64,000 nt of DNA from Octopus vulgaris (taxonomy: Eukaryota): positions 86,242,001-86,306,000 of the forward strand of contig OX597814.1 in assembly GCA_951406725.2 (NCBI GenBank), in the 5' to 3' direction. A program made the translations under genes and the position numbers. This document shows positions 1 through 12,169 of this stretch, one piece after another. The notes under the pieces are model-generated. The model did not search any database and had not been told where the DNA came from. It saw nothing but the letters and a program-made list of their open reading frames with translations. Within the stretch, counting starts at the first letter, position 1, and each line of letters starts with the position of its first letter.

Positions 1-785
1 ATGTGTGTGTGTCGATATAGAGGTGGTTGTGTACATTGTACTTGAATAAGAGTACGCGTGTGTGTTTATATGTATAGATAGATGCGTGTCTTTATGTGCG
101 CGTATGTGTGTTTGCGAGTGTGCATGCGTGTGTCCGTGCGTGAGCAAGAGAGAAGGTGTATGTGTGTGTGTGGCAGAGCGCAGAATAAATGTTTATAAGA
201 GTGGAGTTAGTATTAAGAGTAGGGCGGAGGAAGAGGAGGAGGACGACGACGACGACAACGATAATGAAGAGGACGAGGACGACGACTAGAACGAGAAGGA
301 GGAGGAGAGCTAAGTAGAAAGAGAATTAAGATCGAGAGGGAAAGGTAAACAAAACAGTCAAAGGGTGTGAAGAAGGAGTTAGAAGGCGGAGATTGTTGGA
401 TGACGAAGAAGAGCAGGGAAGATATGAGAACCAAGAAAATGGTGCGAGAACGAGAGAGAGAGGGGGGGAGAGAGAGAGAGTGCATCAGAGAGAGGCCGAC
501 AGACAGACTAACAGAGAGTGACAAAGCTGGGGAGTTGATAGCTAACATCAGATAATGAAAATTTTCTTAAGGACTTCAATGGTTTCGCTTGATGCTCTCT
601 CTCATTTCGCCTAGAACAGGGGTTCCAACCAATTTTAAGCACCACGGACTGGTTTCATGCATGACAATTTGTTCCACGATCTGGGGATCAGGTACATAAC
701 ACAATAAAGTGCGTAATATATAATTTGATTATTACATATATAAAACATATATGTTAAACATACACTTTACACATGTAATACATAT

Positions 786-1143
786 ACTCTTTTACTTGTT
801 TCAGTCATTTGACTGTGGTCATGCTGGAGCACCGCCTTTAGTCGAGGACTTATTCTTTGTAAGCCTAGTACTTATTCTATCGGTCTGTTTTGCCGAACCG
901 CTAAGTTAGGGGACGTAAACACACCATCGTTTGTCAAGCGATTTTATATATACATACATATATATATATATATATACACGACGGGCTTCTTTCAGTTTTC
1001 GTCTACCAAATCTGCTCACAAAGCTTTGGTCGGCCCGAGGCTATAGTAGAAGACACTCGCCCAAGGTGCCACGCAGTGGGACTGAACCCGGAACCATGTG
1101 GTTGGTAAGCAAGCTACTTACCACACAGCCACTCCTACGCCTA
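786..1143 (-). mobile_element. tRNA-headed CORE-like SINE with internal (TA)n
   Basis: Reverse complement of the copy at 23510-23917: A/B-box-like head, 'ccttgggcgagtgtcttct' core, (gtaaaaga) tail. Confidence 0.85.
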
Positions 1144-2008
1144 TACATAATTTTTAAAATCTTTTACTAGTCGACTCCAGTATTTTTTCTTAAAGTCTAG
1201 TTTCGATCGGTCTCTTTTGCCGAACCGCCAAGTTACGGGGACGTAAACACACTAACACCGGTTGTCAAGTGGTGATAAAATGACGATATTACAGTTTACA
1301 TATTTGGAAGACTGCAGCTCCTACATTGACAAGCATTGGAGACCACATCCAAATATGGTTACCAGACTAATGTACCAAGCCTCACTCACACATGACAACT
1401 GATAGCCCGCTCGTCATACAGTTATTATGCTCTCCCTCCTTCTCTCTTTTTCACTATCTCTATCTCTCCCTTTTTCACTATCTCTATCTCTCTCTTTCTC
1501 TCTGTTTCTTTTCTCTTCCTCTCTCTCTTCCTCTCTCTCCCCTCTCTCACTCTCTTACTCTCATTTCTTTATCGCTGTTACATCATTTTATGGTCCTCTA
1601 ATAAAGATGTATACCCTGAGCAAGTATCTACTGCCATAGACTCGGGTTCGAGTCTATGGTAGAAGATACTTGCCTAAGGCGCCGTGCAGTAGGATTGAAT
1701 CTGGAAATACGTGGTTGCAAAGAACTGTATTGTGTCCTACGTACGGAAAAAGGTAGAACCAAGTTCTGAGTTCTAACCCCAACAAAGTCGACTTTGTTTT
1801 GTTTTTTATTTTGGGGGGAATTAATAAAATAAGCACTAGTCCAATACTTGTTACCTTTTACCTGTATTAAAACCTTTGTTGTTGGTATTTAGATTTGGTG
1901 AGACTGATCAGGTTTATTTATGAATGTGTATATTTTGTTTGATAATGACAATTTAATTAGTTTCTAATACAATAATTTTTTTTCTTTTTGTTTTGTTTTT
2001 TCCAACAG

Positions 2009-2673
2009 AACTGAATGTTACAAAGAAGTCACGAAGCGAAGAGGAAGGTAGCGAGAATAGCCAACACACGGGAGAAAACAAAGATGGCGTCAACGACAGT
2101 CTGTCTGATTCATCTGACGAAATACAGAGCGACAATCCTGACACAGACCTTCCTCCTTGTCAGATATTGGAGAAGACATCACGCACTCTCAACTCCTCCG
2201 TCACCCTTACAAAGCCGTCGCTGACAATGTCGCCAAATCCGGCACAGAATTTCACCTCGATGACCTCACAATGCCAGTACTTGAATGGTGGCCGTGGTTA
2301 CACTCAAGCTTGTATGGGTGAGCAAATGTACTACCCTCACCATCCGAATACGGGGCGCTCACCATCAAGTTCTTTCCTTCCGGTCACCACATCAACGCTA
2401 CTTCCGCCGGTATCGTCCAGCCTCAGCTTACACCCTGTAAGTCCTCAACTGCAAGCATGTCGTCTTTCTGGACAAACTAACGCATGTGCACTGGCTCAAA
2501 GCACTTCGCATCTGAACCCAGCCACCCAGGGCTACGCTATTCGGACTTCTCCACAGCAGAACCACCCGTCTTTGCCTTCGTGCACCTATATGCAGACTGC
2601 CCAACCATATCCAACAACGTTGACACCCAACGTTCACATGATGAACATGAACTTTACAGGACCTATGGCGTGA
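2009..2673 (+). CDS. Terminal coding exon of a host gene; Ser/Thr/Pro/Gln-rich, probably disordered C-terminal region (transcription-factor-like tail, family not identified)
   Basis: Long polypyrimidine tract ending ...tttttccaacAG at 2007-2008; 221 open codons of non-repetitive, higher-GC sequence to TGA at 2671-2673; phase-1 acceptor. Upstream exons are not recognisable in the window. Confidence 0.85.
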
Positions 2674-3068
2674 CAGTATATTCAAGTTGCCTACAGGTGG
2701 CGACACTGTATAGAAAATAATTGAATGAAAATAAGCCCTATTGGGATAACACCACATAGAGGTGTTTTCTGCAATCGGAAAACTCAAGGTTATATCTATT
2801 GAGACAAAACAAACATATGACTAAACTAAAGACAAATGATTTTACAAACAAAATTTTAAAAATATAAGCTAAAATACAAAAAAAAAATTAACCAAGAAAT
2901 GATATTGAATTATAAATCATGATCTCTGAACAAAAGATTACATTTTCACGTTAAAATTTTGAGAAAAGTTTCATTTGTTTAAAAACACAAATCAAATCTT
3001 TGGAGTTGTTCGTTAGAAAAAAGAAGCAACAGCAACAGACACCACACATAAGCATCAAAGACAATGTC

Positions 3069-3138
<70 letters not shown>

Positions 3139-4052
3139 CTAAACTAAACTATATACATTTGTAAACATGTGTATATAAATGTTATTTTCCACATATGTAT
3201 CTGAGTAAATATATATATTTACCTAGATACATTACGCCTGTATGTATGTATATATGTAATATGCATGTGTGTTTATATAAACGTGTGAATGATAAGTGCA
3301 TATATCTTTCTTCCCACGAATATATATATATATATATATATATATTAGTGTATATATATTAGTATACATACCTATACAACAATATATATCTGTGTATAGA
3401 TATGTACGTGCAATATGAATGCATGGATGTTTATGCATATTTGGATGAGAATTATGTATGTATGTATGTATGTATGTATGTATGTATGTATGTATGTGTG
3501 TATGTATGTATGTATGTATGTATGTATGCATGTATGTATGTGGGAAGGGGTAAAAGAAAAATTATCAGATCGTTTGGGCTATTTATCTAAAAAAAAAATT
3601 ATCTATTATGTTCTAAACATTTTGTTACATTTTTGGAATTAACTGTTGTATATACATGCGATAACTGTGTGTATGGGTATGCATTTGTGCAACATGTATA
3701 CATTTATACTTGTCATTTGTATATTCTGATGCGTATATCTGTGTGTGCATGCGTGTTTGAATGCTTGGCTTGTATGTGTGTGTATGTGCGTGTGTTCAAA
3801 TATATATATGCACGTATACATATATATGTACATGTATATAAATATATAAATATATATATATATATGTGTATATATGTGTGTGTGTATGCATATATGTATA
3901 TATGTATATATATATATATATATGTATGTGTATGTATGTACGTATAAACGCAGTCATATAAACGTACTCACACAGCCATACATATGCCTGCATATATAAA
4001 GTATATATATATGTATATACATATATATATATACTTACATATACATACATAC

Positions 4053-4084
<32 letters not shown>

Positions 4085-5497
4085 GATATATATATCATAC
4101 ATATATCATACATTCATACGTACATACATACATACATACATACATACATACATACATACATACATACATACATACATACATACATACATACATACATACA
4201 TACATACATACATACATACATACATACATACATACATACATACATACATACAGATGAACATGAGTAAATGCGTCGAAGCTGTTGTTGAATCTCCGTTCAA
4301 CTTCTGGTGTGTATTGAACGCCGTTGTTACTGAACTGGAAAATATTTTGTCTCTCAGCTAAATATTTTCCGACCAAAATACTGTTCAACTCCATATTTAG
4401 CCACTATACCAACATACACACATACACACGGAGGACCAAAGATGGAGCCTATACGTGGTGGTTCGACCAGTTAGAAATAGTAACCGAGTCTCCCTCGATT
4501 AACTGTGTAGCGTCTTAAAAGTAAGAGAAAGCTATACTGGATAAGGTAATCCTATGCACACTATATCTGAGTGAAAGACAGGATGGTCATAGCCGGAACG
4601 CTTTTGATCATACGTCTGCTCGATCACGAATAACATGATCATACACAAATATATGCATACGCGAATGACCACACATACACACACACATTTATACACATTC
4701 ATACACATACGCACACATACACATACAAAATATTCAAATAGATCGAGCTCGAGGGGCAAAATTATAAAAAGTATCATCAAATTGAAAAGAACGATGCTAT
4801 ATAATCAAACTGGTGGACCAAAAGACGAATGTATATATATAATAAATTAAATTAAATTAAAGATCATTCCTTAAAAACTACTTTTGTTGTTTGTTATGCT
4901 CTTTGGGGGGAAGAGGTCAACGACTGATCTGAAAGTATGTATGATTGACAACCAAACGGTCTACAGTTCGTATTTCATTCGACAACTATACTGTGTTATG
5001 CCATGGTTAATATTTTTACCTATATCTTGCTTGGGCCTAATTCATGTAAGGAATGAGACAACTGGGCACAGCTGTTTAGGTGCTGACGATTTGGCAAAGC
5101 TGAATGGACATTTAGCCTGTTTGGGTTACAGTAATTTTAGCACCGGAAGCAACCCCAAACACGCGCATGCAGAAATATACACATATAGATATTACAGGTA
5201 GATACTTATTAATTGAACGTGATTGACGTAAACACTTTTCCTCTCCTTATGCAGAGAGGGAGGGAGAAGGGAAAGAGAGAGAATGGGGAAAGAAAGAGAG
5301 ACTGTGGAAAGAGAGAGAGAGTGGGAAGGGAGAATGGGGAAAGAGATAGGTGGAAAGAGATAGATATTACAATTTATCAATTGAACATGACTGGCATAAA
5401 GATTTCCCTTTCCTCATATACATAAAGACAAATATGTTCACGCACATAAACACAGAGAGAGAAAGAGGAGAGGGGGAGAGAACGAGAGAGTCGTTAA

Positions 5498-5738
5498 CCC
5501 TTTAGCCTCCAGATTACTCTGTCAAATGTTATACTTCACATTGTTACGAATTAATCGTGTATTATCTTGTAGCTGCGAGATTCTGATGATGCGGTTTTTT
5601 TTTTTTTTTTTGGTTTTTCTTTTTTGGGTTTTTTTTTTTTTTTTTACACAGTGACATTGTAGGATAGGTGTCAGATGCCAGATCTGGCTGGTTTGAGCAT
5701 AAAACAGGTGGCATATTTGGGCTGGATACGCTAAAGGG
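5498..5738. mobile_element. piggyBac-type MITE
   Basis: TTAA|CCCTTTAGC ... GCTAAAGGG|TTAA: 9-bp TIRs with TTAA target duplication, no ORF. Confidence 0.8.
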
Positions 5739-6208
5739 TTAAAATGTCTGATGTCGCATAAGTCAGCGTCGAATCAACGATACTAAATACTTGTGCCAAT
5801 ATGGCTCATATCCGTCCATGTAAGTGCAAAATAAGCCACACGAGGAGATAAAACTTAGTACTTTAAGACGTGATGCTCGTTTCATTAGTTCGTAGTCTAA
5901 TGTTCAGAAGCTACTATATATTACTATAAAGAGGCAAGCTACTGATATATTATGCCTCATTCGCGTAGCATATCAGAAATATATTATGAGCACTGTGCAT
6001 AGGCGTTATGCTGCCGCCAAATTACTCGCATCCAATCAGCCACTTCAATCGTCTCGTTCCGCAGTGTGTATGGATCATTAGGGTACATAAGCAGCGTGGA
6101 GTAAAGTTGCAAATCTGGGTAAAAGCTTTGCGCCCAAAACATGTGAACGGTTAGTTTACGTTAAACTGTTCAACATGGAAGTGAGTTTGCTAGAACATAA
6201 TTCTAATG

Positions 6209-6617
6209 TACATTATTTACATTCGATGGATATTTGTCCTCATCTTGTTTGTTGTTAACACAACGTTTTGGTTGATATACACTCCAGCCTTCTTCAGGTG
6301 TCTTGGGGATATTTCGAACCTGGTTTCTCATTCCTAAGATGATTTTCGATGTTGTTGTTGTTGTTGTTGTTCAGGTCACTGCTTGGAATCGACCTCAGGA
6401 TCTTGGGGTTAGTAGCCCGCGCTCTTAACCACTATGCCATATGCCCGAAAAATACCTTAGGAATGAGAACCCAGGTTCAAAATTTCCCCAAGACACCTGA
6501 AGAAGGCTGGAAGTTATATCAGCCGAAACGTTGTGTTAACAACAAACAAGATGAGGACAAATATCCGTCGAATGTAAATAATGTATATAATTCTTCATCT
6601 CTTAAATATAGAACTGT
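6209..6617 (-). mobile_element. tRNA-headed non-autonomous element with Penelope-type inverted repeat and hammerhead ribozyme motif
   Basis: 12-bp TSD ataattctaatg (6197-6208, 6618-6629); ~130-bp inverted arms (6209-6338 / 6456-6585); tRNA-like head on minus strand 6446-6371 followed by (AAC)n. Confidence 0.8.
6492..6537 (+). ncRNA. Minimal type I hammerhead ribozyme motif (Penelope-like)
   Basis: gacac-CTGAAGA-a-ggctg..cagcc-GAAA-c-GTT-gtgtt: stem I gacac/gtgtt, stem II ggctg/cagcc, palindromic ACGT stem III, cleavage triplet GUU. Confidence 0.75.
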
Positions 6618-6771
6618 ATAATTCTAATGGTTCTAAAATCGAATTTCCCCAACTTCTGCTACTACAATACGGAGGTTATCGGATGAATTTTATTGAATTA
6701 GAAATTTGACTGTAATCTTTGTAAGGTAGGAGCAAGAGAATATGGTCAATTAACTTTACACTATTATATTG

Positions 6772-7303
6772 GCTTCAGATTTTGGCACTAGGCTAGCAAT
6801 TTTGGAGGCGGGTTAAGTTGACTATGACCCAGTGGTTAGGGCAGCGGATTCGCGGTCGGAGGATCGCGGTTTCGATTCCCAGACCGGGTGTTGTGTGTGT
6901 TTATTGAGCTTAAACACCTAAAGCTCCACGAGGCTCCGGCAAGCGGTGGTGGCGACCCCTGTTGTACTCTTTCGCCCCAACTTTCTCTCACTCTTTCTTC
7001 CTGTTTCTTGAGTAACGCTGCGATGGACTGGCGTTCCGCCCAGCTGGGGGGGGGGGGGAACATACGCCATAGAAACCGGGAAACCGGGCCCATGTGCCTG
7101 GCTAGGCTTGAAAAGGGTGCATAATAATAAAAATAAATTGACTACATCGACCCCAGAGCTCAATTGGTACTTATTTTTATCTACACCGAAAGGATGGACG
7201 GCCAAGTCGACCTCGGCGGAATTTGAACTCAGAATATAAAGACGGACGAAATGCCGCTATGCATTTTTTCTGGCGTACTAAAGATTCTGCCAGGTCGCCG
7301 CCT
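6772..7303 (-). mobile_element. Nin/Deu-core tRNA SINE (interrupted by the 6826-7135 insertion)
   Basis: Same head and core as 10218-10447; tail type 'ttttggcactaggctagcaatttt'. Confidence 0.75.
6826..7135 (+). mobile_element. tRNA-headed SINE with V/Meta-like core, nested in a Nin-core SINE
   Basis: Head 'cagtggttag...ggtttcgattccc', core 'ctgcgatggactggcg', (TAA)/A tail; 'ttgacta' repeated at both junctions. Related copy at 24345-24545 (-). Confidence 0.7.
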
Positions 7304-7509
7304 TAAGTGTACACTAGTCTATTACTATTTAAATTGATGAGATAAAAGAATGAGTTAAAGCCCGAAACACTAGGACCTGTGAAATTTAATAAATATCACA
7401 TTTCAAAAGAAATCTCAATTATTCATTAGGTTTACTAGTTTGATTACTGAATGGCAACTTGTGTATTTTTCTTCCTTATTTAATCTACTATGAAATAGAT
7501 AGATAGGTT

Positions 7510-7597
<88 letters not shown>

Positions 7598-7639
7598 TAC
7601 ACGCAATACAGCCGTCATAAGGGACGCAAGATAGGCTTG

Positions 7640-7940
7640 ATAACAAGTAACATACTTTCGCAAATTGTGCGATGAGGAAGGACTTCACCAGCACTCAGCC
7701 GGCACTCTACAAGCTGAAAACCTGGAAAACCTGAAAGAAAATCGTTCAAAAACACAACGTATCACCCAGTATAGGAGTTGAGCCAGCGAACCCCTTGCCT
7801 TCATTCCCAGCAGACCACCAGTGCCCGACCTGCAGCAAAACCATCCGAGCATGCATCACCCTGATCGGTCACAGCCAGACACACTGTGACCTATTTCTCC
7901 CATGAGATGTCCTGGCCATCGTCGACAGCGACGGACGAAT
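7640..7940 (+). mobile_element. RTE-clade LINE 3' fragment
   Basis: Encodes CPTCSKTIRACITLIGHSQTH (C-terminal C2H2-like motif of RTE/BovB-type ORFs) followed by a short 3' end 'catcgtcgacagcgacggacgaa'. Confidence 0.65.
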
Positions 7941-7951
7941 ATTTATATATA

Positions 7952-8854
7952 CGAGGGGGTACCCAAAAGAAACCGGAATTTTGCAATATTATTTTATTCA
8001 CTTAGTTTTATATGTTCGCACATTTATTGCCTTCAAAGCATTCTCCATTTGAAGAAATGCATCGGTCTAGGCGCGTTTTCCACTATTTAAAGCAGTACTG
8101 GAGCTCTTGCGAAGTGATGCCTTTTAACGCCTCCGTCGTTTTTTTGCTCCACTTCTTCCACATCTGCAAATTCCGTAGCACCAGCTTTCGTCTTCAGTGA
8201 TGACCTTCGAAAAGAGATCGGGATCAACTTCCAACTGTCCTTTCAGTTCACGACAGGCATTCAGCCGTAAATACTTTTGATCTTCCGCTAGCAAGCGAGG
8301 CACAAATTTTGTTGCAACTCATTTCATTTGCAATTCCTTGCTCAAAATTCGTTAGCAGGAGATCCAAGACACACCAGTCATATCAACAAGTTCATCAATG
8401 GTTCAGTGACGCTCTTCTATGATCAGTTCATGAATTTTCATGATGTTTTCATTCGTTCGGCCGATCGACGGTCGCCTTGAACGAGGTTGATCTTCAGGCG
8501 ACAAGTGGTCATTCCTACCACTTATAAACTTGTTAAAACCACTCATAAACTTGTGTTTTGTTCATGTCAACGTCCTTGTGATCTCTTTGAAGTACGACAA
8601 CTGTTTCGGTCATCGTTTTACCGAGCAGAAAGCAGAAATTCACGGAAGCACACTGTTCCTTCGTTCCAGCCATTGCAAAAATCAACGAACAGAGGAGAAG
8701 CACTACAAAACAAAGACACACTACGACTCCACAGGACAACGCTGGTCGGCAGACTGATGTCTGAGGGTCGCATCAACCGACTTCTAGCGGTAGAAGCCTA
8801 AACTACAAAGGGTTTGTCCCTATGACAACGTTTCCGGTTACTTTTGGGTACCCC

Positions 8855-8858
<4 letters not shown>
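7952..8858 (-). mobile_element. Internally deleted mariner element
   Basis: TA|cgagggggtacccaaaagaaaccggaa ... ttccggttacttttgggtaccccctca|TA TIRs; minus-strand remnants EQCASVNFCFLLGK..KTQVYEWF (N-terminal HTH) and ..WKTRLDRCISSNGECFEG (C-terminus); catalytic middle missing. Confidence 0.9.
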
Positions 8859-8921
<63 letters not shown>

Positions 8922-8991
8922 TAGCCATAGCATGACTGGTGTAGAACTCAATATACGTATGGTCCAGATTACATTGAGTATAGAGTGGTAA

Positions 8992-9458
8992 TAGAAAACA
9001 AAGAGATGGCATCGGAAAAAAACAAATGTTATGTAATGAACTTCATTAGCTTACAGCTGTTTCTGAAATAAGATGTGGTGGACTCTTAGTTGAGTACCAG
9101 GGTATCATACTATAGCTTCATCAGAGCATCGAATATGAAATGCACTTTATTTGGGTTACATTTTTAGAACATTTTTAGAACATGTAGGCGATCTAAAGTA
9201 ACATTTTCCAGAACATACTGGCGTTATGAGTGAGAAAGTTGTGATAGAACTTTCCATGTTCAGCAATGTAAACTTTCTCACTCATAACACCTGTATGTTC
9301 TAAAAATGTACCTTTCCCAAATAAAGTGCACTTCATATTCAAAGCTCTGATGAAGCTATAGGATGATACTCAACTAAGAATCCACCAGATACTATAGCAA
9401 AAAAATGGAGTTCATTACATAACATTTGTTTTTTCCTGTGTCATCTCTTTGTTTTCTA
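8992..9458. mobile_element. Fold-back Penelope-like element with hammerhead motifs in both arms
   Basis: Inverted arms ~8992-9240 / 9270-9458. Minus-strand gct-CTGATGA...GAAA-cagct-GTA-agc at 9127-9049; plus-strand CTGATGA at 9347-9353 with stem gctatag/ctatagc but GAAA segment lost. Confidence 0.7.
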
Positions 9459-9978
9459 AATATATGTTATTGCAAGCTCACTTGTTATGCTGCGGTGGGC
9501 AAACATTTATTGCATTTTTGCGGAAAAATTTGCAAAAAATGGATCTATTCTATGCATGTGGTTTGTGAACTGTAACTCTCGGCGTATCGGCAGAATGAAA
9601 TGTTGCCTTTCAGCAAGTAAATTAACATCCCAGTGCTGCAGCATGTATTACGTACTTAGTATACATTGTACATTTGAAACATGCATAGGGATAAATAAAT
9701 GCTTAATAAATAAAAGACATATGATGGATGAGGTAACAGAAGCAATGTAACTCAGAACAGACAATATAAGAAATACTACATAATTATTTGCTTTATTGAG
9801 CAGAATTACGCAATGGAAGCGAGTTAGTCCCTTACAGCAGAGATCAGAAGATCGAAACTACGTTCGGTGAAGAAATAGATTCTACTTTTGATATTCAAAC
9901 ATTGCAAGTGAGTTATATACAAAAACACTAAGCATGTGTACTTATGTATACACCGACAGGTAAGTACAAATTATATTA

Positions 9979-10794
9979 TGCAACAGAAATTTACAAAAGG
10001 TCGAGGGTCAGCAACTGACCGGGCTACACCAGAACCCGAGTAGCGAAGACAAGAAGACTGTTGCTTGTGAGTGCTACGAAGAAGACGACGAAATTTGTTG
10101 AGATTTTTGATAAACAATATTTATTCTTTCCATAAACAAAAGGAAATACTGTCGTTATCGCAAATGACGAAATGACGAAGGAGTTTGAATGTTATTGTTC
10201 TCAGTGTAATTATAATATATTTCTTTATTGCCCACAAGGGGCTAAACATAGAGGGGACAAACAAAGACAGACAAAGGGATAAAGTCAACTACATCGACCC
10301 CAGTGCGCAACTGGTACTTTATTTATCAACCCCGAAAGGATGAAAGGCAAGGTCGACCTCGGCGGTGTTTGAACCCAGAACGTAACGACAGACGAAATAC
10401 TGCTGAGCATTTCGCCCGGCGTGCTAACGCTTCTGCCAGCTCGCTACCAGTGTAATTATAATAGCAGTCAAAATGTTAGCTGCTGGTCGCTGTGTCGCTG
10501 TCACCCGTTGTTCATTGTGAGCGTGTCTGTCCGCAGTCCTTCTGCAGCCTCGTCTCTGTTGTTTCTCAGTGCTCTCCCCAAACTCTCCCAATGCTCTCTG
10601 TTAAGTAGCGAAGATGTGCTGAATATATACTGATGGATAGGCTCAGAGAGAAAGGCGCGAAAAGATGGTATTGTGGCTGGAACCAGTTCTCGGTGAAGTC
10701 GTGATTGGTAGTCGTGATTGGTCAGCTTTTATGCCACGTAGGTAATATTCTAACGAATCACGTCATCGGGTGATTGTTGAATATTCCCGCTACA
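9979..10794 (-). mobile_element. Possible solo LTR (contains SINE insertion)
   Basis: TG...CA ends; on minus strand two CCAAT boxes, TATATA, GA-rich R-like region and AATAAA in LTR order. No clear TSD. Confidence 0.4.
10218..10447 (-). mobile_element. Full-length Nin/Deu-core tRNA SINE with Tx1-like tail
   Basis: 16-bp TSD cagtgtaattataata (10202-10217, 10448-10463); minus strand: A box tggcagaagcg, B box ggttcaaacac, core gcctttcatcctttcggggttgataaataaagtaccag, tail ...gccccttgtgggcaataaagaaat. Confidence 0.85.
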
Positions 10795-11319
10795 TACACA
10801 CACACGCACATAAACACACACACACAAATATATACACATACACACATTGTGTTTGTGTATATATGTATATATATACACTGGTACACATACACATGTATTT
10901 ACACACGTGTGCATATCTATAGAAATGCGTATGTATACGTATATATATATATGAGATTCATACATAGTTAAATCGATAGAGTGTCAACACGATGGTTTGT
11001 GTCTTCATTGACGTTACATTATTTTCCAACCAGAGCCCTTAACTCTCAGTCAAGTTGTCCAACTATATGTAAACAGTACCTTTCAGAGTTAGCTTACAAG
11101 GTTTAATTTCAAATTCGCCAATAGCTATGACCAGAGGTATTGAATTCCATTGGTCGTATTGATGGCTTGTGATTAAGAAGCTTGCTTTGCAGTCATTTGG
11201 TTTGAGGTTCAGTCTCGCCGTGCGGCACCTCGGGTGTCTTCTACTGCAGCTCCGGCTCAACCAATGGCTTGTGAGTAAATTTGGTAGAGGGTATATATGT
11301 ATGTATTCATCCTACTATA

Positions 11320-11868
11320 GGCACAGTAGATAGACCCCAATGCTAAACTGGTACTTATTTTATCGACTCTGAAAGGATGAAAGGCAAAGTTGACTTCGAC
11401 GAAATATAAACTCTGAACGCAAAGCCAGAAGAAACGCCACTAAATATTTTTAAATCGTGCTAACGATTCTTATTTCTGTATTGCTTACAAGGGGCTAAAT
11501 ATAGGGGAGACAAACAATGACAAACAAAGGGATTAAGTTGGGTAACTGGTACTTAATTTATCGACCCCGAAAGGATGAAAGGCAAAGTCGACCTCGGCGG
11601 GATTTGAACTCAGAACGTAACGGCAGACGAAATACCTATTTCTTTACTGCCCACAAGAGGTTACACACAGAGGGGACAAACAAGGACAGACAAACTGATT
11701 AAGTCGATTATATTGACCCCAGTGCGTAACTGGTACTTATTTAATCGACCCCGAAAGGATGAAAGGCAAAGTCGACCTCGGCGGAATTTGAACTCAGAAC
11801 GTAACGGCAGACGAAATACCGCTAAGCATTTCGCCCGGCGTGCTAACGATTCTGCCATCTCGCTACCT
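11320..11868 (-). mobile_element. Chain of three nested/tandem Nin-core SINEs
   Basis: Three occurrences of 'gaaaggatgaaaggcaaagt'; junctions at ~11470 and 11636/11637. Confidence 0.85.
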
Positions 11869-11972
11869 TATGTATGTATGTATGTATGTATGTATGTATG
11901 TATGTATGTATGTATGTATGTATGTATGTATGTGTGTATGTATGCATGTATGTATGTATGCATGTATGTATG

Positions 11973-12006
<34 letters not shown>

Positions 12007-12169
12007 TGTATGTATGTATGCATGTATGTATGTATGTATGTATGTATGTATGTATGTATGTATGTATGTATATGTGTGTGTCTTTCTATACATAACCCAC
12101 GCCTGATATACGTCTTACATTATTTAATGACAGTGTTGTCTTTAAGAAATATTTTTTAAATATCTAAAT

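Noticed and set aside
1993-2008. ORF start 'MFFPT'
   Set aside because: TTG inside the polypyrimidine tract; the exon begins after the AG at 2007-2008.
6371-6446. Functional tRNA gene
   Set aside because: Acceptor and T stems do not pair properly and there is no oligo-T terminator; it is a SINE-type head. The same applies to the other tRNA-like heads.
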